DNA from: Candidatus Latescibacterota bacterium
GTDB taxonomy: Bacteria > Krumholzibacteriota > Krumholzibacteriia > WVZY01
DNA: 64,000 bases
Assembly (NCBI GenBank): GCA_963791045.1
Contig: CAWBQK010000018.1
Coordinates: 134,405-198,404, forward strand
Direction: 5' to 3'
Shown: positions 42,921 to 53,729 of the stretch, in pieces
Numbering within the stretch: position 1 is the stretch's first letter
How the letters are laid out: every line of letters begins with the position of its first letter
Made by a program: the position numbers and the translations under genes
The notes under the pieces: generated by a model
Told to the model about the DNA's origin: nothing
Databases searched by the model: none
Seen by the model: only the letters and a program-made list of their open reading frames with translations

Positions 42921-42932
42921 GAGGGCAGGACA

Positions 42933-43649
42933 ATGACCGACATTCAAAGAGAGACTCATTTGCTGATTTCAATAGCCAAGATCGATGCCGATTTGAACGC
43001 GTTCCGGACCGAGTCCGCCGCTCTTCCCGGCAAGATCGAGAAGATCGACAGGAACATCCAGGCGATCGAAAAAATGATAACCGAAGCGGAAACGCACCTG
43101 GAAGAAATGCAAAAAGAGAAGCGATTTACGGAGCAGGGACTCGAGGACAGTCTGGTTAAGATTAATAAGCTCAAGGTTCAGCTCATGAGCGTTCAAAACA
43201 ATAAAGAGTATACGGCGATGAACCACGAGATCGAGCATCTCGAAAAAGGCATCGACACCAAAGAAGAACGGCTTTTGATCCTGATGGACGAACTCGATCA
43301 GCAGGTGGGCCAGACCGGCGATTTCAGGACGGGAAAAGACGGGGAAAAAAGTCTACTGGTCGCGGAAAAAGAAACACTTGAAGGCCGGCTTTCGGAGATT
43401 GCGGAGAATATGACGCGGCTCGAGAATGAGAAACCCAAATTACTTAATGAACTTGATCCACAGCTGAAAAAACGGTACGACCGCATTCTCGCCAAGCTTC
43501 ACGATTACGCGGTCACCAATGTCGTTGGGGAAGTGTGCCAGGGGTGTTTCAGCCGAATACCGCCGCAGTTTGTTTTGGAGGTGAAGAAAAACGACCAGAT
43601 CATCTTATGCCAAGCTTGTGGAAGAATTCTTGTCCACTATCCGTCATGA
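42933..43649 (+). CDS. Coiled-coil C4 zinc-ribbon protein (CT398/HP0958 family)
   Basis: Long coiled coil, NNKEYTAMNHEI, CQGCF...CQACGRIL. Confidence 0.9.
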   Translation: MTDIQRETHLLISIAKIDADLNAFRTESAALPGKIEKIDRNIQAIEKMITEAETHLEEMQKEKRFTEQGLEDSLVKINKLKVQLMSVQNNKEYTAMNHEIEHLEKGIDTKEERLLILMDELDQQVGQTGDFRTGKDGEKSLLVAEKETLEGRLSEIAENMTRLENEKPKLLNELDPQLKKRYDRILAKLHDYAVTNVVGEVCQGCFSRIPPQFVLEVKKNDQIILCQACGRILVHYPS

Positions 43650-44275
43650 GTCCGGTGATCCGGCGATTGCGGAGAAACTCGTCCTATTTGTCGAGAGGTT
43701 GATGGGAGGCGCCGCTCTCGATCGCGCGGCGCGGGAGGCATCGCTGGACCTTGCCGTGGCGAGTCGTTTTCTCGAATCGGTGCGGGGTCAACTGGCCGCG
43801 GCCATTCCCAAGGGGAAAGCCGCCGCGCCCAAGGCAAAACCGCGCAAATCGGCTAAGAAGAAATCGGCGACGGGCAGGCTCATAGCGTTTACGCGATGGC
43901 GCGTGCAGGGGCAATCCGGGCGAGGCCTCCTGTGCGGCGATTTTGTACGATGATTCCGAAGAAGAACTCCTTCGGCGGTCGAAGCGGCTCGGTGTGACGA
44001 CGAATAATGTTGCCGAGTACGAAGGCGTACTTCTGGCGCTCGAACTCGCCGCGACGCTTGGGGCTCCGGAACTCCTTTTAAAGCTCGACAGCGAACTGGT
44101 CGCCAGGCAGTTGAACGGCGTGTACAAGGTCAAACATCCGGTTTTGAAGCCTCTCCACGGCCGCGCGACGCTTCTTATCCGCGATTTCGACAGGGTCGAA
44201 GTGGTCCATATTGCGCGCGGGGATAACAAGGTTGCCGACAAACTGGCGAACGACGAACTCGACGGCAAAACATAG
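43618..44275 (+). CDS. Ribonuclease HI family protein with N-terminal extension, frameshift near 43893
   Basis: FT/DGACRGNPG across the frameshift, TNNVAEY, DSELVARQLNGVYKVK, NKVADKLAN. Start uncertain. Confidence 0.82.
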
Positions 44276-44332
44276 TCCTTTGGGTGGGTTGCGGGGTGGT
44301 GGAGAACGTAGTATGTTTCTCCCGGAAAACGG

Positions 44333-44703
44333 GGTTGAGCAGGACAGACGGTTGCGGGCGCCTCAGGGCGCTTGAGGAAAGTCCGAGCTCCTCGGGGCAG
44401 GGTGCTGGGTAACGCCCAGTGGAAGTGATTCTAAGGATAGTGCCACAGAAAAAAAACCGCCAAAGCCGCGGGCAACCGTGGACGGTAAGGGTGAAAAGGT
44501 GAGGTAAGAGCTCACCAGTGCCGCCGGTGACGGCGGCAGCTTGGTAAACCCCACCCGGTGAAAGACCAAATAGAAGGGAAGAAGACGCCCCGCTTCGTTT
44601 GACCCTTGGGTTGGTCGCACGAGGTGTCCGGTAACGGGCATCCCAGATAAATGACCGTCACCCCGAAAGGGGAACAAAACTCGGCTTACGGACTGCTCAG
44701 CCT
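44333..44703 (+). ncRNA. rnpB: RNase P RNA (type A)
   Basis: GAGGAAAGTCCGAGCT, AGTGCCACAGAAA, GGGTGAAAAGGTGAGGTAAGAGC, GGTAAACCCCAC, ACAAAACTCGGCTTA; terminal P1 pairing GGTTGAGCAG/CTGCTCAGCC. Confidence 0.95.
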
Positions 44704-44733
44704 CTTGACTCGCTCGTTACAGCGGGCGCGCCG

Positions 44734-46561
44734 ATGATCGCCGTGGCGGGAGTTTTTTTGCGGCGCCCGCCGTTTCTATCGACCAGTAATGGATCCAGTC
44801 AAGTGTTCGTCGATCTACAAACGTTTGAAACCCTGGCAAACGAATTGAATAAGTATATCTGGGAACATACGGAAGCGGCCGACATGGGTCTCGTCCGCGA
44901 TCTCGTCGATTCGTTCGACATGCCGACCGCGGGGGCCCGGTTTCTCGCGGGGCGATTGTCGTCGGTGGAGTCGACGCGCGACTTTTTGTACCCCCTCGAA
45001 AAGGCGCCGCACGACCCTGCGCTCTTCGAAAACATGGTTGAAGCGGTGGACTGCGTCCGTCGCGCCGCCGCCGAATCGAAGCGAGTCCTCGTTCATGGCG
45101 ACTACGACGTCGATGGGGTTAGTGGTACGGCGCTTCTCTATCACTGCCTGGACGGTGTCGTTCCCCATATCTTCAGATTTGTCCCGGACAGACGCAAGGA
45201 CGGTTACGGTATCGCCGAACGCGCGGTTGATTGGGCGATCAAGAACAAGGTCGGTCTCTTTATTTCGGTCGATTGCGGAACCTCGGACGGAACTCTTGTG
45301 CAGCGATTAGAAGAAGCGGGGATCGATGTCGTGGTTTGTGACCACCACGAGTTTCCGCTGGATGGTAGTTCTCGGGGAATCATGCTCAACCCCGGCCGCG
45401 ATGGCGAGAGCTATCCTTTCGCCGGGCTCTGCGGAACTGGGGTCGCGTACAAGTTCGCGCAGGCTCTTGAGGCCGAGGGGCTGACCGGCGGCACACGAAC
45501 CGACGATCTTCTCGATCTCGTTGCGCTTGCGACCGTGGGAGATCTCTCGCCGCTCGTCGACGAGAACCGCCGATTCGTGCAGGAGGGGCTCGCGCGCATG
45601 GCCACGAATCGCCGGACTGGGCTGGACGCGCTCACCGCTGTCGCCAAGATCGATCGTCCTGACATCACCCCATTTCACATCGGGTTACCTTCTCGCTCCG
45701 CGTTTGAACGCCCCGGGGAGGATTTCAAACGCAAAACCGGCGCTCGAACTTCTCTGTACGGAAAACAAACGTCTTGCCGGTGATCTTGCCGCGTCGCTGG
45801 ATGCGGATAACCGACGCCGGAAGGAACTCACGGAAAAGGTCCAGGCCGATGTCACGGGCATGATCGAAAACATGGAAGACCGTGAGAAGCGAAGCGGCTT
45901 CTTGCTGTCGGGCAGCGACTGGAACGAAGGCGTTTTGGGGATCGCCGCGTCACGAATAGTGGACGAGTACGGAAAGCCGGCGATTCTGGTGACGTTCGAG
46001 GGCGGCATAGGGAAGGGGTCGGGACGGAGTGTTCCGGGAGTAAATCTCAAGGAAGTGCTCGACAAGTGCGGGGACGATCTCGTTCGTTACGGCGGACATG
46101 CTGCTGCGGTTGGTCTGACGATCGATGCGTCGAAGATCGACGCGTTTTCCAGAAACCTGACGACACACCTGGACGGCGCGACCAGTGCGCTCCCCGAGAA
46201 ACCCCGGCTCACGATAGACGCGAAGATTGATATCGCCGAGTGTTCGATGGATCTCGTCGATTTTCTTGGCCGGTGTGAACCGTTCGGCGTCGGGAACAAG
46301 GCCCCGGTATGGATGATCGAGGAAGCGGTTATAACGCCCGAAACCAGAAAGGTCGGCAAGGGACATCTCAAGGTGTTCATGCGAGGCAAGCACGGGAACG
46401 AGACCGAGGGGATTTCTTTTAACTGGGGCCGCCGCGGAATCGCTCCGGAGAAACTGCACGGACTGGTCGTCGACCTGGCCGTCACCATTAGAAAGGGATT
46501 CTATCTCGAACGTTACTATCCGGAGATACAGGTTCTCGATATGCGCGAGCACAAAGGATAA
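44734..46561 (+). CDS. recJ: Single-stranded DNA exonuclease RecJ, frameshift near 45685
   Basis: GDYDVDG, VDCG, DHH, ALATVGD, APRLNAPGR, KGSGRS, GGHAAAVG, EPFGVGN. Start uncertain. Confidence 0.92.
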
Positions 46562-46564
46562 CCG

Positions 46565-47014
46565 ATGAAGACGGTGGTGCAAAGAGTCAGTCGGGCGTTT
46601 GTCCGTGTCGACGGCGATGAGGTCGGTTCGATCGGACGCGGGCTCCTCGTGCTGGTGGCGTTCAAGGAGAGCGATGATGACGCTGTTTTGCGCTGGATAG
46701 CGAAGAAGGTCTCGACACTTCGAATTTTCGAGGATCCCGATGGCAAGATGAATCTCGAGCTTAGCGAGGTCGAGGGCGAGCTTCTCGTCGTATCGCAGTT
46801 CACGCTCTACGGCGACTGCCGTAAGGGGAAACGTCCCAGTTTTATCGACAGCGCTCCTCCGGCGGCCGCGGAAGAACGGTATGATCGTTTCGTGGATATT
46901 CTCCGCGAAGAAACATCATGCAAAGTGGAGACCGGTGTCTTCCAGGCCCACATGAAAGTGACTCTCGAAAACGACGGACCGGTGACGGTGCTTATCGAAA
47001 AGGAATCCGAGTGA
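46565..47014 (+). CDS. dtd: D-aminoacyl-tRNA deacylase
   Basis: VVQRVSRA, LRIFED..GKMN, SQFTL, NDGPVT. Confidence 0.96.
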   Translation: MKTVVQRVSRAFVRVDGDEVGSIGRGLLVLVAFKESDDDAVLRWIAKKVSTLRIFEDPDGKMNLELSEVEGELLVVSQFTLYGDCRKGKRPSFIDSAPPAAAEERYDRFVDILREETSCKVETGVFQAHMKVTLENDGPVTVLIEKESE

Positions 47015-47613
47015 ATCCGCTTCTCCCCGAAGACGTGCAACGCGATATCATTCTCGCGTCGCGTTCGCCACGACGTATCGATATCCTCCGCGGGCTCGAG
47101 TTTGAATTCAAAGTGATCCCCGCGGACGATCATGTCGAGGACGGCGCCGAATGCGACGACCTGTCCGAGCGCGCCGTGGTTCGCGCGCGGCTCAAGGCGG
47201 CGGATGTCGCCTCGCGGCATCGGGATTCTCTGGTGATCGGAGCGGACACCGTGGTGATCATCGACGACGAGGTTCTCGAGAAGCCGGTGGACGATGAAGA
47301 GGCATTCGCGTTTTTGAAGAAACTCAGCGGGAGGGAACACACGGTTATCACGGGCGTGGCGATAAGGAGAGAGTCAAGCGGGTTGGATCTCTCAGCGCAG
47401 GAAGCAACACGTGTTTTCTTTCGCGAGCTTTCGACGGATGACATTGACCGTTACGTGGCTTCGGGGGAGGGACGCGACAAGGCGGGATCGTACGCGGTTC
47501 AGGGTCTTGGCGCCGGACTGGTGCGGTCGATCGAAGGGTGTTTTTATAATGTCGTCGGGCTCCCCGTATCATGTTTGTTCGAATTGTTGAGAAAGGTTCC
47601 CACGAAATCATGA
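47011..47613 (+). CDS. maf: Maf family nucleoside triphosphate pyrophosphatase
   Basis: ILASRSPRR, IGADTVV, LEKP, DKAGSYAVQG, NVVGLP. Confidence 0.92.
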   Translation: MNPLLPEDVQRDIILASRSPRRIDILRGLEFEFKVIPADDHVEDGAECDDLSERAVVRARLKAADVASRHRDSLVIGADTVVIIDDEVLEKPVDDEEAFAFLKKLSGREHTVITGVAIRRESSGLDLSAQEATRVFFRELSTDDIDRYVASGEGRDKAGSYAVQGLGAGLVRSIEGCFYNVVGLPVSCLFELLRKVPTKS

Positions 47614-48710
47614 GTGTGATTCCAACCATTACGTTTGTAAAAGGGGCGGTCGAGCTTATCGATCAGACCCTGCTTCCCGGCGAGTACAAGATTCTCCGGC
47701 TGACAAAAGTCGAAGCGCTGTGCGAGGCGATCCGGATGCTGAGGATTCGCGGGGCCCCCGCGCTTGGTGTCGCGGGCGCCTACGGGTTGCTTCTCGCGAT
47801 CGAGGAGAAGTGGCCGCAGCACGAGGATTATTACTACGATGAACAAGCGGTTAAACTGGATGCTTTTCCCGAGATAACGTCGATCGATGCCGTGCGGGCC
47901 TATCTCGAGTTCGCCGGTGAGACGATCCGTGCAACACGCCCCACCGCTGTAAACCTCGGGTGGGCAATTGACAGAATGAGAGGGGTGTACATTCGTCAGT
48001 TCGAGTCGACGACAGACCTTCTGCGGGCGATTTATGACGAGGCCCGGGCGATACACACCGAAGATCTCGAGATGTCGCGGACGCTCGGCGCCCACGGCGC
48101 CGCCCTGCTCAAAGACGGGGACAATGTGCTCACGCACTGCAACACCGGAGGGCTTGCAACGAGCGGTTTCGGAACGGCGCTCGGTGTTGTTTTCGCGGCC
48201 GTCGAAAGCGGCAAGAACATCCATGTCTATGCCGACGAAACACGTCCGCTCCTCCAGGGCGCTCGTCTCAATACATGGGAATGCGTCGAGCGCGGGATAC
48301 CCGTGACCGTCCTCTGTGACGGCGCGTCGGCTTCGCTGATGAGTGAGAAGAAGATCGCGTGCGCGATCGTCGGAGCGGATCGGATCGCGGCGAACGGCGA
48401 CACGGCAAACAAGATCGGTACGTTCAATCTGGCACTTGCCGCGAAACGCTTCGGCGTTCCTTTTTATATCGCGGCGCCGACGAGCACGATCGACCTTGCG
48501 ATTCCGGACGGCGCGGCCATACCGATAGAGCAGAGGGATGAGAACGAAGTCAAGAATTTCCGCGGGGTCAAAGTGACGCCCGATGAAGCGTGCGCGTACA
48601 ATCCCGCGTTCGATGTAACCCCGCACGACCTGATCGCAGGTTATATCACTGAAGATGGTGTCGTCCAACCGCCCTTTACGCGGGAGCTCGGCGACTCCGG
48701 AAGGAGATAA
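47610..48710 (+). CDS. mtnA: S-methyl-5-thioribose-1-phosphate isomerase
   Basis: DQTLLP, RGAPALG, RPTAVNL, LTHCNTGGLAT, ETRPLLQGARL, GADRIAANGDTANKIGT, NPAFDVTP. Confidence 0.94.
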   Translation: MSVIPTITFVKGAVELIDQTLLPGEYKILRLTKVEALCEAIRMLRIRGAPALGVAGAYGLLLAIEEKWPQHEDYYYDEQAVKLDAFPEITSIDAVRAYLEFAGETIRATRPTAVNLGWAIDRMRGVYIRQFESTTDLLRAIYDEARAIHTEDLEMSRTLGAHGAALLKDGDNVLTHCNTGGLATSGFGTALGVVFAAVESGKNIHVYADETRPLLQGARLNTWECVERGIPVTVLCDGASASLMSEKKIACAIVGADRIAANGDTANKIGTFNLALAAKRFGVPFYIAAPTSTIDLAIPDGAAIPIEQRDENEVKNFRGVKVTPDEACAYNPAFDVTPHDLIAGYITEDGVVQPPFTRELGDSGRR

Positions 48711-48712
48711 AC

Positions 48713-49159
48713 ATGTTTCGTATTATAGTTGTTGTTTTGCTTTGTTGTGTTGCCGCTTCGCAGCCGGTCCTCGCCGGTGACGACGCCGACAAAGAAGCGA
48801 TCACAAAAGCCATCATGGATTACGCCGAAGGTTGGTACGAAGGTGACGCGGCGCGTATGGAAAGCTGCTTGCACCCCGACCTTGCCAAGCGAGTGATGCA
48901 GGTCGATGAGAAATCGGGAGAGAGCAAGCTCGTCGGTATGGACGCGGCCAAACTCATCGAGTACACGAAAGCCGCGTACGGAAAGAAAACGCCGAAGGAC
49001 AAACAGACAAAAGACGCGACGATACTCGATGTTTACGGAAACGCGGCGACTGCCAAACTCGTTATGGCGGGTTGGGTCGACTACATGCATCTCGCCAGGC
49101 AGGATGACGGCAAGTGGCTCATCGTGAATGTTCTCTGGGAACCGCTTCCCGACAAATAG
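48713..49159 (+). CDS. Secreted NTF2-like (lumazine-binding family) protein
   Basis: Signal peptide; DYAEGWYEGDAARMESCLHPDLAKR, WVDYMHL, WLIVNVLW. Confidence 0.75.
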   Translation: MFRIIVVVLLCCVAASQPVLAGDDADKEAITKAIMDYAEGWYEGDAARMESCLHPDLAKRVMQVDEKSGESKLVGMDAAKLIEYTKAAYGKKTPKDKQTKDATILDVYGNAATAKLVMAGWVDYMHLARQDDGKWLIVNVLWEPLPDK

Positions 49160-49190
49160 AGCGCGTCGGACGCCGCGCCATAAGAGTGCT

Positions 49191-49826
<636 letters not shown>

Positions 49827-49835
49827 GGCGGCATC

Positions 49836-51158
49836 ATGAATCTTTGGAACGAATCTGTAGACACTTTACGCGAACGAAATGAAATCAGCAAAACTCTGGC
49901 GCGGCTACGTCGTGACCAATCCCGAAACGGGCAAGGTGGTGGCAAGCCATCCGGTGCTGCAATCCATCGCCGATGCGGTGGCGGCGGACACTCGCGACTA
50001 CCGTGGGGCATGAAGGGTGTTTTTTTGAAATCGGCCGCGAGAGCGATCATCTTTTGTCCGCGCACGTCCACTGGACAAAACGCGGGCAGGCCGCTGGCGG
50101 CGTTCGCTTCTGGTCGTACGACACCGTCGAGGAGTTTGTCCGCGACGGCCTTCGCCTGGGCAGAGGAATGGGTCAGAAGAACGCCCTCGCCGGTTTGTGG
50201 TGGGGAGGGGGCAAGGGCGTCGTGGCCAGGCGCAAGGACAGGGACCATCTCGATCCTGATCTTCGCGCACGCGTTGTATCGCGACTACGGACGTTTTATG
50301 TCGGGACTGTGCGGTTGTTATGTCACCGCCGAAGACGCTGGGACGACTCCCGACGACATGGCTTTTGTATACTCGACGACAAGATACACCACGTGTATCC
50401 CGGAGAAGTTTGGCGGTAGCGGAAACCCGAGCGTGCTGACGGCAACCGGCGTTGTCGTGGCGATGGAGGCGGCTCTCGAGCATCTCGGTATGGGGTCGCT
50501 CGAAGGTAAAACCATCGTGATGCAGGGACTGGGAAATGTGGCGCTCCACATGCTCGGAGATCTTCTCGACAGAAAGGTCGAGAAAATCGTCGGAGCCGAC
50601 ATCAACGATTGGACGATCGACCGGGTGAAAAAAACCTACCCCGACGCACCGATCGAGGCGCGGCTTGTCGAGCCCGGCGACGTGTCAATCTTTTCGGAGC
50701 CCGGCGATGTGTTCGCGCCCAACGCGGTAGGAGCGGTATTGAACCCTGTTACCATTCCGCAAATCCGGACGGCGATCGTTTGCGGCGCGGCGAACAATCA
50801 GCTCGAGGATCCCAAACGCGACCAGCACACACTCCACGAGCGCGGGATTCTTTATGTGCCCGATTTCCTGGCCAACCGCATGGGGATCGTTAACTGCGCA
50901 AACGAACAGTACGGCCGCTTCGACGGCGACCCCGCCATCTACGCCCATCTCGAGAGAGAAACGCCGACCGGAATTTATCAACGTTGCATGGAAGTGTTTG
51001 CCCGCGCAAAGTCGTCCGGCCGTACACCGGCGGATGAGGCGAGCGACCTGGCCGACGAACTTTCCCAGGAACTCAATCCGATTTGGGGTCATCGCTCCCA
51101 GAAGGTTATCAACTTCCTTGTCGAAAGCGGTTGGGCGGGCGGGGAACCGATCGAATAG
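49836..51158 (+). CDS. Glu/Leu/Phe/Val dehydrogenase family, frameshifted in the 5' half
   Basis: AAGGVRF, KNALAGLWWGGGKG (frame of 49973), TAEDAGT, GNPSVLTATGV, QGLGNV, GAANNQL, YVPDFLAN. Confidence 0.87.
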   Translation: MNLWNESVDTLRERNEISKTLARLRRDQSRNGQGGGKPSGAAIHRRCGGGGHSRLPWGMKGVFLKSAARAIIFCPRTSTGQNAGRPLAAFASGRTTPSRSLSATAFAWAEEWVRRTPSPVCGGEGARASWPGARTGTISILIFAHALYRDYGRFMSGLCGCYVTAEDAGTTPDDMAFVYSTTRYTTCIPEKFGGSGNPSVLTATGVVVAMEAALEHLGMGSLEGKTIVMQGLGNVALHMLGDLLDRKVEKIVGADINDWTIDRVKKTYPDAPIEARLVEPGDVSIFSEPGDVFAPNAVGAVLNPVTIPQIRTAIVCGAANNQLEDPKRDQHTLHERGILYVPDFLANRMGIVNCANEQYGRFDGDPAIYAHLERETPTGIYQRCMEVFARAKSSGRTPADEASDLADELSQELNPIWGHRSQKVINFLVESGWAGGEPIE

Positions 51159-51230
51159 GGGGCGCGCGGCCGAGCGCATCGCGTCGACACCGGCAAGCGA
51201 TAAATACACGCCGTTTAAAGGAAGGGAATC

Positions 51231-52007
51231 ATGAACAGAGTCAAAGGTAAACGCGTTCTTATTACCGGAGCGAGCTCCGGCATCGGCGAGGCGTGCGCGC
51301 GCCGGTTTGCCGAGAGCGGAGCCGAGCTGTTTCTTGTTGCGAGACGGGAGGACCGTCTTGCCGCCATGAAAAAATCACTCGCGGACACGTATTCCGCTGA
51401 AGTTGAGGTTGCCGGTCTCGATGTCAGGGACCGTGGAGCCGTCGAAGCGTTCAGCGGCGAAATCAAAAAGAGCTGGGGCGCGCCAGACGTGCTCGTCAAC
51501 AATGCCGGGCTGGCCAGCGGGTTGTCCAAATTTTATGAGGGGGATTTCGAGGATTGGGACAAGATGATGGACACCAATGTCACCGGTCTCCTCAACGTCT
51601 CGAGATTCATAACGCCCCTTATGATCGAAAAGAACAGCGGGCATATCGTCAATATCGGCAGCATCGCCGGGCACATGGTGTATCCGGGAGGGAACGTTTA
51701 CAATGCGAGCAAGTATGCCGTCAGGGCGATAACGGAGGCGATGAGTATCGATCTCGTGGGAACACCGATCCGCGTATCCGGGATTGATCCGGGCGCCGTC
51801 GAGACCGAATTCTCCGTGGTGAGATTTCATGGGGACGCGGACAAGGCCAGGTCAGTTTACAAAGGGTTCAAACCGCTTGCCGGCGACGACATCGCCGAGG
51901 CGGTTTTGTTTGTCGTCAACGCTCCGGATCATGTAAACATACTTGATATGGTTGTAATGCCGACCGCGCAGAGGAACCCGTACGTGCTGCACCGGGATGA
52001 AGTGTGA
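51231..52007 (+). CDS. SDR oxidoreductase (YdfG-like, NADP-dependent)
   Basis: TGASSGIG, NNAGLA, YNASK, PGAVETEFS. Confidence 0.9.
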   Translation: MNRVKGKRVLITGASSGIGEACARRFAESGAELFLVARREDRLAAMKKSLADTYSAEVEVAGLDVRDRGAVEAFSGEIKKSWGAPDVLVNNAGLASGLSKFYEGDFEDWDKMMDTNVTGLLNVSRFITPLMIEKNSGHIVNIGSIAGHMVYPGGNVYNASKYAVRAITEAMSIDLVGTPIRVSGIDPGAVETEFSVVRFHGDADKARSVYKGFKPLAGDDIAEAVLFVVNAPDHVNILDMVVMPTAQRNPYVLHRDEV

Positions 52008-52056
52008 TTGCCGGTTGATTGATACAGGCACAGGAAAAAGAGAGAGGGGAAGACTG

Positions 52057-52485
52057 ATGAAGATAGCGATCGGTTCTGATCACGCGGGATATCTTTACAA
52101 AGAAAAAATAAAATCGTTTCTTGCCGAACTGGGTCATGACGTGATGGACTTTGGTACGAATTCAGAGGAATCCGTCGACTATCCTCTCTTCATCCGTCCC
52201 ACCGCGGAGGCCGTGGCCGGCGGTGCCGCCGAGCGCGGAATCGTTCTCGGCGGATCAGGAAACGGGGAAGCGATGGCGGCAAACCGCGTCCGGGGAGTCC
52301 GGTGCGCGCTGTGCTGGAACGAGGAATCGGCGAAGCTGGGACGATCCCATAACAACGCCAATATGATTTCACTGGGTCAGCGGATGATGACCGAAGAAAC
52401 AGCCCTGGAAATCGTACGCATTTGGCTCGAAACACCGTTTGAAGGCGGCCGGCACGAACGCAGGATTAAACAGCTTGATGAGTAA
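52057..52485 (+). CDS. rpiB: Ribose-5-phosphate isomerase B
   Basis: [29 protein letters not shown]. Confidence 0.94.
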   Translation: MKIAIGSDHAGYLYKEKIKSFLAELGHDVMDFGTNSEESVDYPLFIRPTAEAVAGGAAERGIVLGGSGNGEAMAANRVRGVRCALCWNEESAKLGRSHNNANMISLGQRMMTEETALEIVRIWLETPFEGGRHERRIKQLDE

Positions 52486-52882
52486 CAACGACGGGGATGC
52501 GACCCTGCGGCGGCTCAAGCAGAAAGCCGACGCGCTTGGGGCTTCGGCCGGGCGCCGGCACGTTTTTCTGTGCTGTGACCAGTCGGTTCCCAAATGCTGC
52601 GGTCGGGAGGTGTCTCTCGAGTCGTGGGAATACCTCAAACGGCGCCTCAAGGAGTTGAACCTCTCCGAGCGGGGGGGAGTCTACCGGACCAAGGCGAACT
52701 GTTTACGGATCTGCGAGGAGGGCCCGATCGCCGTAGTTTACCCGGAAGGTTCGTGGTACCATGGGTGCACTCCGGATGTAATCGAACGGATTATCCAGGA
52801 GCACCTGATCGGCGGTGTCGTTGTCGCAGAACACCTTATTGTTGAGAACCGCCTGGAAGGTATCGAAGGAGCGGACTCTTAA
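52478..52882 (+). CDS. Thioredoxin-like [2Fe-2S] ferredoxin
   Basis: HVFLC...KCC...[23 protein letters not shown]. Confidence 0.88.
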   Translation: MSNNDGDATLRRLKQKADALGASAGRRHVFLCCDQSVPKCCGREVSLESWEYLKRRLKELNLSERGGVYRTKANCLRICEEGPIAVVYPEGSWYHGCTPDVIERIIQEHLIGGVVVAEHLIVENRLEGIEGADS

Positions 52883-52892
52883 CCGGACAGCT

Positions 52893-53729
52893 ATGCTCAA
52901 ACAAACATTTTGTCACATCCCGGGCATCGGCCCTCGCCTCGAAAACCGCCTCTGGTCGCAGGGGCTTCATTCGTGGGAAAAGGTACTCGAGAAGAAACCG
53001 GAGGAGCTTCCGTTTTCGTGCCGGTCATCGCTGTGCACCCACGTCCGAAAATCGATCGACGAATTCGATACTCAGAACGCTTTTTATTTTTCCGAGCGAC
53101 TGCCCGGCGCCGAACAGTGGCGGCTTTTTCCCGAATTCCGGGATTCCGTCGCCTATTTCGATATTGAAACCACTGGCTTGAGACCCGAACTGAGCACGAT
53201 AACGACGATCGCCGTCTACGATAGTCGCGACGTTCGCTACTACGTGCAAGGGCGCAACCTCGCCGACTTTGCCGACGACATTCAGCAATACAAACTCCTC
53301 GTCACCTACAACGGAAAATGCTTCGACATTCCGTTTGTCGAGAAGTTCTTTGAAATCGAAGTCAAGGCGGCGCACATCGATCTCAGATATGTGCTGGCGA
53401 GCATGGGATACAAGGGCGGGTTAAAAGGGTGTGAGCGGCAGTTGGGAATCGACAGGGGTGAGCTCGACGGGGTCGACGGTTATTTTGCGGTGCTTCTATG
53501 GAATGAATACGTCGAAAGCGGCAGCGAACGCGCTCTCGAAACACTACTTGCATACAACATCGAGGACGTAGTGAATCTGGAACGTCTCATGGCTCTCTCG
53601 TACAATCTGAAAATCAAAAAGACACCGTTCGCCGAGTCGCACCAGTGTGTTGTTCCCGAACCTCCCCCACTCCCTTTTGAGCCCGACCCGAAAACAATCA
53701 AAAAGATAAGGAATGCGTACTATAGATGA
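52893..53729 (+). CDS. YprB-like RNase H-fold exonuclease with N-terminal HhH
   Basis: HIPGIG, FDIETTGL, TYNGKCFDIP, HIDL, GGLK, YNIEDV. Confidence 0.85.
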   Translation: MLKQTFCHIPGIGPRLENRLWSQGLHSWEKVLEKKPEELPFSCRSSLCTHVRKSIDEFDTQNAFYFSERLPGAEQWRLFPEFRDSVAYFDIETTGLRPELSTITTIAVYDSRDVRYYVQGRNLADFADDIQQYKLLVTYNGKCFDIPFVEKFFEIEVKAAHIDLRYVLASMGYKGGLKGCERQLGIDRGELDGVDGYFAVLLWNEYVESGSERALETLLAYNIEDVVNLERLMALSYNLKIKKTPFAESHQCVVPEPPPLPFEPDPKTIKKIRNAYYR

